Positions 17,157-28,757 are shown, counted from the stretch's first letter. The stretch is DNA of 32,000 bases from Promethearchaeum syntrophicum (GCF_008000775.2 NZ_CP042905.2:2640001-2672000), one strand, 5' to 3'. Translations and numbers: made by a program. Notes: a model not told the origin generated them from the sequence alone.

Positions 17157-17912
17157 TTAAGATCCGCGCATTATCTTCTTTAGACGTTCTAATTCCTTCA
17201 GCATTTCATCTCTCAAACCACCTAAACCTGGTTCACCATTTCCTGAAGATGCAGCAGGTGCTGCGGCTGCTGGAGGCCCACTTGGTGCAGCGGGTCTTTG
17301 GGCAAATGACGGTGTTTTCACAGCCCCCGGTGGTCCTGATGGGGGTCCAGTGCTACCTGGAGTAGGGGGTAACTTTGGAGGTGGAGGTAGTTTTGAAGGT
17401 GGTCCTTTAGGTGCTCCTTTCGGAGGTGCCGAAGGTGGTCCAGCTTTGGGAGGTCCTGATGGAGGTCCCGCTTTTGGAGGACCTTTGGGAGGTCCTGATG
17501 GAGGACCAGCTCTTGGAGGTCCTGATGGAGGTCCCGCTCTTGGAGGTCCTGATGGAGGGCCTGCTCTTGGAGGTCCTGATGGAGGTGCTGATGTTGAAAC
17601 AGGGGGTAAACTTGTCGGAGTTTGACCAGCTTCTGCAGGAGTTGTAGATAACATATTGAATAATAACGAAGCTGCTTTATCTCGAGCAACGGCTTTCCCC
17701 CCAGAAACTACTTGTGCAGTAGGTTCAACAGTTGCAGATACACCTGTTTTTTTCTTGATTTCCTTTACACGTTTTAGATCTTTCTTTACTTTTACTAGTG
17801 ATTTTTGAAAAGAAGTAATTGATTTACTTGTGGCATCAAGACTATCTGTAAGATCCTCAATACCATCCATTAGAAATTTAATAATTTGAGTTAATTTATC
17901 CTTAACCAACAC
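17157..17912 (-). CDS. Coiled-coil / proline-rich repeat protein (251 aa), function unknown
   Basis: The first codon is GTG at 17912; the next in-frame ATG is at 17870. The N-terminal about 60 aa are heptad-like and helical (LTQIIKFLMDGIEDLTDSLDATSKSITSFQKSLVKVKKDLKRVKEIKKK). The central roughly 115 aa are Pro/Gly-rich with AGPPSGPP(R/K) repeats. The C-terminus is a short amphipathic helix, GGLRDEMLKELERLKKIMRGS. A TATA-like ATATAAAATA (minus sense) lies about 20 nt upstream. Confidence 0.75.
   Translation of the reverse strand: MLVKDKLTQIIKFLMDGIEDLTDSLDATSKSITSFQKSLVKVKKDLKRVKEIKKKTGVSATVEPTAQVVSGGKAVARDKAASLLFNMLSTTPAEAGQTPTSLPPVSTSAPPSGPPRAGPPSGPPRAGPPSGPPRAGPPSGPPKGPPKAGPPSGPPKAGPPSAPPKGAPKGPPSKLPPPPKLPPTPGSTGPPSGPPGAVKTPSFAQRPAAPSGPPAAAAPAASSGNGEPGLGGLRDEMLKELERLKKIMRGS
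17380..17600 (-). repeat. 27-nt in-frame tandem repeat encoding AGPPSGPP(R/K), forming a local GC-rich island
   Basis: The plus-strand unit ggaggtcctgatggaggNccNgctctt starts at 17487, 17514, 17541 and 17568 with an exact 27-nt period. Degenerate copies occur at 17448 and further 5'. The G+C content is visibly far above the flanks. Confidence 0.9.
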
Positions 17913-17952
17913 ATATCATCTCGTTATTTTATATGGGTGTAATTTTCTATTT

Positions 17953-17995
17953 TAATAGTGATATTATAATGATATTATAATAGTGATATATATAA
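17953..17995. promoter_or_regulatory. Cluster of direct and inverted AT-rich repeats upstream of the proline-rich protein gene; putative promoter or operator region
   Basis: TAATAGTGATAT occurs twice (17953-17964 and 17978-17989). GATATTATAAT occurs as a tandem pair (17960-17970 and 17971-17981). TTATAAT-gat-ATTATAA is an inverted repeat. A TATATATA tract lies at about 17987-17994. The cluster sits 40-85 nt upstream of the start at 17912. Confidence 0.35.
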
Positions 17996-18056
17996 AGGTA
18001 TTTTTCAAATCCTATTAATGATTTGAATGTTTAATAATTTAAAATTTCGTTTGATT

Positions 18057-21118
<3,062 letters not shown>

Positions 21119-21132
<14 letters not shown>

Positions 21133-22849
21133 TGTGTATCAACTCCAATATTTCTTCAGTTTTTATTATTTGCTTAGGTAAAGTAGAAAAAATTTTTATT
21201 AAGCGGTTAATTTGCGGGGAAAATTTGATGGTTTCTCGATGGGAAAGCACATTTTTTGAAATATCATCTAAAATTATTCTACCCTTAGAGAAGAGAAGAA
21301 TCCTTTCTGGATACTTTGTTAGACTCTCAATATCATGAGTAACCATTATCACAAGATTCCCTTTTTTACGATATTCATCAAGATATCTAAAAAAATGTTC
21401 TTTTTGTAATGCATCCATCCCATGAGTCGGTTCATCCAAAATTAAAATTCTTGGTTGAATTACAAGCATAGAAGCTAATGCAGCTCGTTGTTGTTCTCCA
21501 TAAGAGAGAAACCGTGGATAGATGGTAAGTAAAGATTTAAGATTTAATCTATCAGAATATTCTTCTAGAAGTTTCTTTGCTTGTTCTATAGGAATTTTAA
21601 AATTCTTTAAAACTACTTCCAGTTCTTCTTTAACTGTATCCTGATAAAATTGTATACTTGGATTTTGGAAAATAAATCCTACTTCACGTGAAATTTGCGC
21701 AACGGATAAATTCTTTACATTTTTTCCATTTATTTTTATTAATCCATTTTTAGGTCGCAGTAATCCATTAAAAAGTTTTAAAAAGGTTGTTTTTCCAGCT
21801 CCATTATCACCAATAATTGCAATAAATTCCCCAGGATAAGCTTTAAAATCTATTTTTGTTAAAATTGGTTGGTTTTTTTCAAATTCAAAGCTAACATCCG
21901 CAAATTCTACTAAAGAATCAGATTCATTGAATTTTTGATCGTATTGTTCTTTATTTTGCGGAACAAATTTCAATTTACCTTCTTTGACTTTTAGATTTTC
22001 AAGCAGGTCTTTTAAAATTATTGAACAATCTTCAATATTAATCGGAATTTCATTTGGACAAATATTATACTTCAAAAGTATACTTTTGCGTTTCTTTATT
22101 TCTAAAAATAATTTGATAATTGGTGGAATGAAATATTTATTTGAATTATTTTCTTCAAGGAAAATTTGTTTCGGTTTGTCATCTTGAATAATTTGACCTT
22201 CTTTCATAATAATTAAACGATCTACATACTCAATAACCCGATCTATTCTATGTTCAATTAGAATTACTGTTATTCCTAATTTTTTATTTAGATTTTGGAT
22301 CACTTGTAAAATATCTTCTGCAGATTTTTGATCAAGTTCAGAGGTAGGTTCATCCAATATAAGAATCTCGGGTTGCATAGCTAATATTGCACCAATTGCT
22401 ACTTTTTGCTTCTCACCACCTGAGAGAGAGATTATGGATCTTTTCCGAATTAATTCTAATCCTAATAATTCAATGGTATCATCTAGTCTTTTTTTTATCT
22501 CACTTCTACTTAAATTTATATTTTCTAATCCAAAAACCAATTCAGATTCAACATTGTTCCTAAATAATTGATTTTCAGGATTTTGAAATACCATTCCAAT
22601 TTTCTGTGCAAGATTTCGAGATTTTTCCTCAAAAACATTCATATTATGAATTTTAATAGATCCTGATATTCGACCACCATAAAAATTAGGAATTAGTCCG
22701 TTTAATGTCCGGATCAAAGTCGACTTTCCACTTCCAGAAAGTCCAGTTAGAAGAATGAATTCACCTTTAGAAATCTTTAAGTTAATATCTTTTAGAGTCT
22801 TTAAGGTTTTACCAAAATAATCAAAATTTAAATTATTAATATCAATCAT
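21119..22849 (-). CDS. ecfA: ECF transporter ATPase, fused tandem EcfA1-EcfA2 (CbiO-like) with two ABC domains
   Basis: Walker A motifs are GLSGSGKST and GDNGAGKTT. Signature motifs are LSGGEKQKV and LSYGEQQRA. Walker B motifs are ILILDEPTS and ILILDEPTH. The ATGA start/stop overlap with ecfT is at 22846-22849. Confidence 0.9.
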
Positions 22850-23775
22850 TTTTCAATCTTATCCCCCAGATTTAATAGTCCTATTATCAAGAAATTTGAA
22901 AATGATAAAAATATTAATACAAAATATCCTGAATTTCCAAGATATACTTCAGATAAAGTTGGATAAATAAGATAATTTCCAAACCCTTGGAAAGATAGAT
23001 AGATTTGAAAAATTAGAGAGGAAATCGTGAATATAATAATTATGTAATCGATGAAACTTATCTTTATTACTTGATAATATTCTCTTTTTCCCTTAATATC
23101 AAATGCCCTGGCTTCTAATGCTTCCGCGTTTTGAATTGACCTTTCCAAGGAATTAGTCAATAAGGGCAATATGAGTTTGACATTATTTTTAAATTTGCTT
23201 AGAAAATTTCCTTTTTCCAACTCTAAACCTTTACATTGTTGAATTTCTCGAATTTTTTCTAAATCTTTCAATATCAATGGGAAGAAATTGAGGGATAGAG
23301 TAATTATAAAAACAATGGAATGTGGAATTTTTAATTTAACTAAACCTTGAATGATTTCATCAGGATTAATGATGAGGTTAAACGTCCCAAAAATTAAAAA
23401 TATTAAAGTTAAACGAAATATAATAATTAAACTTGAAATTATAGTTTCAAAAGTAATTTTAAATCCACCTAATAAAGGAAAATCATTCGAAATTTGGAAT
23501 ATAATAGTAGTTCCTTCAGGATAGAGAATAATATTAATAAAAAATGTAAATAATGAAATAATTAACATGAACCTAAAATATATTAGAATTTCTTCCCAAC
23601 AATCGCTAAATAAAATTATAATTAGAATATTTAAGAAAAAAACTCCAAGATAAAACGGATGATTGAAGATGAAACTTTGCACGAATAAACTTAATAAAAT
23701 AGAAATTTTTACAACTCCATTGGAACGATAAATAAAATTTTCTTTTGGTTTATATGTAAGCTGCAAATTTTTCAT
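22846..23775 (-). CDS. ecfT: ECF transporter transmembrane (T) component, CbiQ family
   Basis: It is a polytopic membrane protein of 309 aa. The conserved coupling-helix motif resembles AxxxRG (NAEALEARAFDIKGKR). It sits upstream of the ECF ATPase. Confidence 0.8.
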   Translation of the reverse strand: MKNLQLTYKPKENFIYRSNGVVKISILLSLFVQSFIFNHPFYLGVFFLNILIIILFSDCWEEILIYFRFMLIISLFTFFINIILYPEGTTIIFQISNDFPLLGGFKITFETIISSLIIIFRLTLIFLIFGTFNLIINPDEIIQGLVKLKIPHSIVFIITLSLNFFPLILKDLEKIREIQQCKGLELEKGNFLSKFKNNVKLILPLLTNSLERSIQNAEALEARAFDIKGKREYYQVIKISFIDYIIIIFTISSLIFQIYLSFQGFGNYLIYPTLSEVYLGNSGYFVLIFLSFSNFLIIGLLNLGDKIEK

Positions 23776-24032
23776 CCCATTAGATTAAATTAGCCAAATT
23801 TTAAGAGAAATATCGTTAATTAAAAATAAAATCTAAGTATTATTTTTCTATAGGATAGGTTTCCTATCTTAAATAATTGAATATAATATTTCAAACTATC
23901 TGAATGAGAGAAGAAAAATTTTATTTCACTTCACATCAACTACTTAATATTTCTGAACTTTTTCAATTGAACTTCTATTTATAAGCTAGAAATAATAAAT
24001 GTGTTTAAATTTCGTTGAAGTAATAAAAAATA

Positions 24033-24824
24033 TTATGACTTAGTCAAATAACTCTTAAAATCTTTTTCCCAGCTTAATTCTCCCAAATGTATTTCATCTT
24101 CAATAGCTCTTTTAATCATTTTGGGATCTCCAAGGTAATAATGCCTAATAGCCTTCATATTCTGATCAATCAGATATATTAAAGGAATACCCGTGGGCAT
24201 TTCATAACTTGGAATATCTTTATCTGAAATATTATCTAAATCTTTTACAATAGCCTTTAAAGAATTGTGGTGTGCCACGATCAATACATTTTTACCCGAT
24301 CTAATTTTAGGTATAATTATATTTTTCCAATAAGGAGTCACACGTGTAATAACATTTTTTAAAGATTCTGTTGAGGGTATCAAATCTTCAGATAAGTTAT
24401 GGTAACATTGTTTCATTCTAGGATGTCGTTCATCAAATTTATTTAATGGAGGAGGAATTTCATCATATTTTCGGCGCCAATCTTTCACTCTTTTCTCTCC
24501 ACATAGATAAGACATCTCGATTTTATTTAAACCCTGTAATGCTCCATAATGACGTTCATTTAAATGCCAAGTTCTCTCTACTGGAATCCAACATGAATTT
24601 AATTCATCTAAAACAAGCCAAAGCGTTCTTATTGCCCTTTTTAAAACCGAAGTAAATGCAATATCAAAAAGAAAACCTTCTTGAAGCAAAATTTTACCAG
24701 CAAGGATTGCTTCTTCTTTGCCTTTTTCAGTTAAATCAACATCTGACCAACCAGAGAAATTTTTTGCTTTATTCCAAAGAGATTCTCCATGTCGAATTAA
24801 AACTAATTTGTACATGTTCATCAA
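24033..24824 (-). CDS. 2,3-bisphosphoglycerate-dependent phosphoglycerate mutase family paralog 1 (divergent: AHHNSLK motif, novel C-terminal tail)
   Basis: The ORF-track start at 24824 is TTG. ATGs lie at 24821 and 24815, and MYKLVLIRHGESLWN aligns with the MYKIV starts of the paralogs. Motifs RHGESLWN and NERHYGALQG are present, but VAHHNSLKA replaces AHGNSLRA. The C-terminal tail is IEDEIHLGELSWEKDFKSYLTKS. Confidence 0.85.
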   Translation of the reverse strand: MMNMYKLVLIRHGESLWNKAKNFSGWSDVDLTEKGKEEAILAGKILLQEGFLFDIAFTSVLKRAIRTLWLVLDELNSCWIPVERTWHLNERHYGALQGLNKIEMSYLCGEKRVKDWRRKYDEIPPPLNKFDERHPRMKQCYHNLSEDLIPSTESLKNVITRVTPYWKNIIIPKIRSGKNVLIVAHHNSLKAIVKDLDNISDKDIPSYEMPTGIPLIYLIDQNMKAIRHYYLGDPKMIKRAIEDEIHLGELSWEKDFKSYLTKS

Positions 24825-24857
24825 AGATGTAGGCTTTTAGTTATTTTCTTAAAAAAT

Positions 24858-24877
24858 ATTCCCATTTCTATGGGAAT
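24858..24877. other. Perfect 8-bp stem / 4-nt loop hairpin (ATTCCCAT-ttct-ATGGGAAT) between paralog 2 and paralog 1, followed by a second hairpin CCATC-tattat-GATGG (24881-24896)
   Basis: The inverted repeats were read directly from the sequence. They lie in the 159-nt spacer between two same-strand genes. The role (terminator, processing site or operator) is unknown. Confidence 0.4.
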
Positions 24878-24983
24878 TTGCCATCTATTATGATGGTGAC
24901 CAAGAATAACCAAATAATTCTTTTAAATATAATTAATACAATTTAAGAAAAAAAAATGAATTCCAAATTTGTACATTAGAAAT

Positions 24984-25739
24984 TTAATTTTCTTTAGTAA
25001 ACTTATGTGCATCAACCATTAATTGAATTGCATTCTGGATCTCACTAGGATCACCTAAATAATAAGATCTTATGGTTTTTAATTCATTATTTAATTCATA
25101 GACGCACGGAATCCCTGAAGGAATGTTAATTTGGCTGAGTTTTTCGGGAGAAATGTCATTTAAATCCTTAATTAATGCCCTTAGGCTATTTCCATGGGCA
25201 ATTATCAACACTTTCTCACCTTTAATTATTTCCGGTACAATTTCTTTTAACCAATATGATTTTACTCGTTTTTCAACATCCTTTAATGATTCAATCGAAG
25301 GAATTTCTTCTTTTTTTAAAGTTTGATATTTGCGATGATTAATTGGATGTCTTGGATCAGATTCTGGTATTGGTTGAGCCGGGTTATCCCATCCACGTCG
25401 CCATAAAAAAACTTGTTCTTCACCATATTTTTTTGCCATTTCAACCTTATTTTTACCTTGTAAATCTCCATCAAATCGTTCATTTAATTTCCACGAACGT
25501 TTAATGGGAACCCACATTGCATCCATTTCATCTAAAATTATCCAGGCAGTTTTAATACAACGTTTTAAAACAGAAGTAAAAATAATATCAAAAGTATAAC
25601 CCCTTTTTAAGAAAATTTTAGCAGCATTTTTTGATTCTTTTATTCCTTGCTCTGTTAGATCCACATCGGTCCAACCCGTAAATAAATTCAGGGCATTCCA
25701 TTCACTTTCGCCATGTCTTAGTAATACTATTTTATACAT
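24984..25739 (-). CDS. 2,3-bisphosphoglycerate-dependent phosphoglycerate mutase family paralog 2 (divergent: NERFDGDLQG instead of NERHYGxLQG)
   Basis: ATG start with GGAG 5-6 nt upstream. Motifs RHGESEWN and IAHGNSLRA are present. The His-Tyr of the ERHYG motif is replaced by Phe-Asp. The C-terminal tail is IQLMVDAHKFTKEN. Confidence 0.85.
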   Translation of the reverse strand: MYKIVLLRHGESEWNALNLFTGWTDVDLTEQGIKESKNAAKIFLKRGYTFDIIFTSVLKRCIKTAWIILDEMDAMWVPIKRSWKLNERFDGDLQGKNKVEMAKKYGEEQVFLWRRGWDNPAQPIPESDPRHPINHRKYQTLKKEEIPSIESLKDVEKRVKSYWLKEIVPEIIKGEKVLIIAHGNSLRALIKDLNDISPEKLSQINIPSGIPCVYELNNELKTIRSYYLGDPSEIQNAIQLMVDAHKFTKEN

Positions 25740-25802
25740 TATTTTCTCCAGATCTTTCGGGAATAAGTGAATTTTTGATATTTTAAAAAATGGATTTTAA
25801 GA

Positions 25803-26549
25803 TTAATTTGATTTTCCTTGGTTAGCTACTGCTTTTTCAGCTTTTTTAATAGCATCAGGATCCCCTAGATAATAATGCTTAATCGGTTTTAATTCTTCAT
25901 CCAATTCATAGACTAATGGGAAACCTGTTGGTATATTAAGATGGGGTATTTTTTCATCAGAAATATTATCGATGTGTTTTACAATTGCTCTTAAACTGTT
26001 ACCATGGGCCACAATAAAAACATTCTTACCAGATTTAATAACAGGGACAATTTCATTATTCCAATAAGGCAAAACACGTTCAATAGTAGTTTTTAGGCAT
26101 TCCGATTGTGGAATTTCTTCTTCTTTTAACAAGGAATATTTCCGATCTTTTGTTGACGATCGTTCATCAGATCTTTCCAAAGCAGGAGGAGGAATATCAA
26201 AACTTCTGCGCCAGATAAAAACTTGGTCTTCTCCAAATTCTCTAGCTGTTTTAGATTTGTATAATCCTTGGAGTCCACCATAGTGCCGTTCATTTAATTT
26301 CCACGATCTAAAAACGGGGATCCACATTAAATCCATTTCATCTAAAACAATCCATAAAGTACGAATTGCTCTTTTAAGAACAGAAGTGAAAGCAATATCG
26401 AATTTAAATCCTTGCTCTTTTAAAATTTGTCCTGAATTTAAAGATTCTTCAATACCCTGTTGAGATAAATCAACATCAGTCCAACCCGTAAATCGATTTT
26501 CCTCATTCCATGTGCTATGACCATGACGTAAAAATACAATTTTATACAT
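25803..26549 (-). CDS. gpmA: 2,3-bisphosphoglycerate-dependent phosphoglycerate mutase, the most canonical of the three
   Basis: Motifs [49 protein letters not shown] and VAHGNSLRA are present. The canonical tail is [12 protein letters not shown] (compare E. coli GpmA ...AVANQGKAK, from memory). Confidence 0.9.
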   Translation of the reverse strand: MYKIVFLRHGHSTWNEENRFTGWTDVDLSQQGIEESLNSGQILKEQGFKFDIAFTSVLKRAIRTLWIVLDEMDLMWIPVFRSWKLNERHYGGLQGLYKSKTAREFGEDQVFIWRRSFDIPPPALERSDERSSTKDRKYSLLKEEEIPQSECLKTTIERVLPYWNNEIVPVIKSGKNVFIVAHGNSLRAIVKHIDNISDEKIPHLNIPTGFPLVYELDEELKPIKHYYLGDPDAIKKAEKAVANQGKSN

Positions 26550-26611
26550 AAAAAATCTCTCATAGAAAATTAATTATTTAATAGATTAATTAAAATTAGA
26601 AGGTATAAAAT

Positions 26612-26621
26612 AAAAAAAAAA
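26612..26621 (-). terminator. T10 run on the minus strand immediately after the stop of the RDD gene
   Basis: The plus strand has A10 at 26612-26621, abutting the stop codon (cta at 26622-26624). Confidence 0.5.
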
Positions 26622-27218
26622 CTATTTTAGACTTACGACACTTGTATGAGAAAATTTCTGGCTAAATCTGACTTGATTCTTCTCCATTTGAGAAACCGCT
26701 TTGTCTCGTGAAATTAATCCGATTATAATATCTAACGGCAAGAACAATTTTCCTAGTGTATGTAATGCTGCTTGCCGGGGTGTAATTTTTCCCAAGGTTT
26801 TTTCATCTACTGTTTGAATTTTTAAAATCATCTTTCCAATAGTCTGACCATGATTTAAATTCTCTAATAAAAACAGATATAGAAACGAAACGCCAATAAC
26901 TGGCCAACTACTATTCCACATACTCGAAACTAAATCGAAATTCCATGATATTCCAAAAATTAATCCAAATAAACTTCCTATGACTGAAAATAGGATTCCA
27001 TCAATAATATAAGCTACAAATCGATCGCCATCATCAGCATATTTTAAAGGTTTGGATCCAATGCTGTGCAAATCACTATTATCTAGGTTGACTTTAGATT
27101 CTGGATTTTTATCATCTACATGTTTAAATGAAAATAATTCTAAACCGCAAGACTCACAAAATTCAGAGTTTAGGTTGTTTTTATTTCCACATTGAGGGCA
27201 AAAATGTTGAACACTCAT
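26622..27218 (-). CDS. Zinc-ribbon plus RDD-family membrane protein
   Basis: The start was moved to the ATG at 27218 (MSVQHFCPQCGNKNNLNSEFCESCG is a CxxC..CxxC zinc ribbon). The 47-aa extension in the ORF track would overlap the MFS gene. The RDD-type region is RFVAYIIDGILFSVIGSLFGLIFG ... ending with R-D (LISRDKAV). Confidence 0.75.
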   Translation of the reverse strand: MSVQHFCPQCGNKNNLNSEFCESCGLELFSFKHVDDKNPESKVNLDNSDLHSIGSKPLKYADDGDRFVAYIIDGILFSVIGSLFGLIFGISWNFDLVSSMWNSSWPVIGVSFLYLFLLENLNHGQTIGKMILKIQTVDEKTLGKITPRQAALHTLGKLFLPLDIIIGLISRDKAVSQMEKNQVRFSQKFSHTSVVSLK

Positions 27219-27303
27219 AATTAGATAATATTGATCAGAAATAAGAATAATATCAAGTCCAATTATTATCAAATTTTTGTTTTGGTCTTTTGATAAATTT
27301 CTG

Positions 27304-28659
27304 CTAATTTTTTTCTTTGGATACATTTCCAAATAACAGAACAATAGGAAGAGTTCCAAAGATATAAATCCCTGCAGTAACTAGAAAATTAAGACGAAAA
27401 TTATGAGTCGGACCGATAAGAATTCCTCCGACAACAGCAGACACATTCCAAAACAAACCCCATGCTAAAGCCTCTAAAGAGTTCCATTTTCCCCGTTTAT
27501 TTTTGGGGACGAAATCCATCAAAATTGAACGGCTTAATGGTTGTGCAGCATTCATTAATGACCCACGTGTTATGAATATAATTATTAGAACCCACATAGG
27601 TGGATATGTAGCTATTATAATTAAACAAATAGTAGCTATTGCTTGTACAAGAAAAATCATCTGAGGGCGTCCCTTTGCTTTTGAAAAATGTTGTGCAATT
27701 AAACCGGAGAAACCCGTAGCAATTGATGTCAATCCAGAGATTATCTGTACCATAATAGGTGACATTGTATAGATTTCCATGAAAAAAATTGTGAAAAATT
27801 TAACTGTCATACCTGCACCTAATCCAATTATAACATTGCATCCAACAAGAATGTACGGAATGTATTTAACTGGAATGAATTTTAATTTTGTTTTTAATTC
27901 TGTTTTTGATTCTAAATTCGATTTAGGATTAGATTTTGTATTTTCTTCTGACGATGAATTATTAGATTTATTATTTAGGTTCAATATGACATCTACATCA
28001 TTATTAAATTCAATTGAATCACTACTTGAACCAAGAGACTTTTTATCATTAAAGAAAAACATCATGATCAAAGATCCGAATGAAAAAATGAGGCCAAATC
28101 CCATTACAAACTTCAATATATCTAGGTCCCATTCGTCCCCTAAAAGTAAGAATAGAAATATATTTAGAATAGGTCCCAAAGCCATTCCAATTTGACTAAT
28201 TAACTGTCGCCAGGAATAAATTAAAGACCTCGTTCCTGATTGAACTGAATCAGCAAAAATTGCTTCTAATGAAGGCCGAGTAATTCCTTGATATAACCCC
28301 CAAATTATCAAAGCGACAAAAATCAAAATAATTGTATCTGCAAAAAAAAGTATTCCAATACTAAAAATACCACAAATAGCTGCTATTCGTAACATCCAAT
28401 CTCTTCGTATTTTATCCGCAAAATAACCAGAAGGAAAAACAACAATTGTCATTGTTATCCCGGTTGCACCCGAAGCATATCCTAGCATTTCAGGGGATGA
28501 TTCTGATAACAGATATATGATTGTACTTAATACATTTCCCATCCAAATACTTCTTCCTATTGATTGGGTAAATGTGAATATTAATAATAGTTTAACGTTA
28601 TGATTTAAAGATTTGAAGGAGTTAACCTTTGATTTGACTGATTGTTGTATGGAAGCCAT
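27304..28659 (-). CDS. MFS transporter with a long low-complexity central cytoplasmic loop
   Basis: The start was moved to the ATG at 28659 (MASIQQSV...). The 79-aa extension in the ORF track overlaps the divergent HIT gene. Motif-A-like GYFADKIRRDWMLRIA and a second-half PKNKRGKWNSL are present, with about 12 hydrophobic segments. The central loop is SSSDSIEFNNDVDVILNLNNKSNNSSSEENTKSNPKSNLESKTELKTK. Confidence 0.8.
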   Translation of the reverse strand: MASIQQSVKSKVNSFKSLNHNVKLLLIFTFTQSIGRSIWMGNVLSTIIYLLSESSPEMLGYASGATGITMTIVVFPSGYFADKIRRDWMLRIAAICGIFSIGILFFADTIILIFVALIIWGLYQGITRPSLEAIFADSVQSGTRSLIYSWRQLISQIGMALGPILNIFLFLLLGDEWDLDILKFVMGFGLIFSFGSLIMMFFFNDKKSLGSSSDSIEFNNDVDVILNLNNKSNNSSSEENTKSNPKSNLESKTELKTKLKFIPVKYIPYILVGCNVIIGLGAGMTVKFFTIFFMEIYTMSPIMVQIISGLTSIATGFSGLIAQHFSKAKGRPQMIFLVQAIATICLIIIATYPPMWVLIIIFITRGSLMNAAQPLSRSILMDFVPKNKRGKWNSLEALAWGLFWNVSAVVGGILIGPTHNFRLNFLVTAGIYIFGTLPIVLLFGNVSKEKN

Positions 28660-28757
28660 TTGTTCTGCAGTTGTGTATTTAAAACCTTCAAATTCTATAA
28701 GTTTTATGAATAATTTAATAAAATTGATATGAATATTTTTCTCTATCAATATTAGAT

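Noticed and set aside
17318-17689. Long ORFs in alternative frames or on the opposite strand across the proline-rich repeat (17318-17689 minus, 17350-17625 plus, 17411-17647 plus, 17108-17365 plus).
   Set aside because: They are by-products of a GC-rich, stop-poor tandem repeat. The Pro/Gly-coding frame on the minus strand continues into non-repetitive N- and C-terminal domains with sensible composition, whereas the others are pure low-complexity translations (GGP.. or LLEVLME..).
18004-18027. An 8-bp stem hairpin (TTCAAATC-ctattaat-GATTTGAA) downstream of the GldG-like gene, considered as an intrinsic terminator.
   Set aside because: On the transcribed (minus) strand it is followed by AAAT rather than a U-tract. 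The stem is almost entirely A:T, so stability is low and chance occurrence in AT-rich DNA is plausible.
23776-24032. A possible riboswitch or small ORF (23904-23984, MREEKFYFTSHQLLNISELFQLNFYL) in the 257-nt spacer upstream of the ECF operon.
   Set aside because: I could not recognise any conserved riboswitch core by eye. The small ORF is on the opposite strand to the flanking genes, lacks an RBS and is of a length expected by chance. An Infernal/Rfam scan is needed to settle this.
27219-27359. N-terminal extensions of the RDD gene (27219-27359) and the MFS gene (28660-28896) in the ORF track.
   Set aside because: The extensions overlap neighbouring genes (the MFS 3' end and the HIT 5' end) and precede natural starts. 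These are the Zn-ribbon MSVQHFCPQCG and the MFS N-terminus MASIQQ before TM1.
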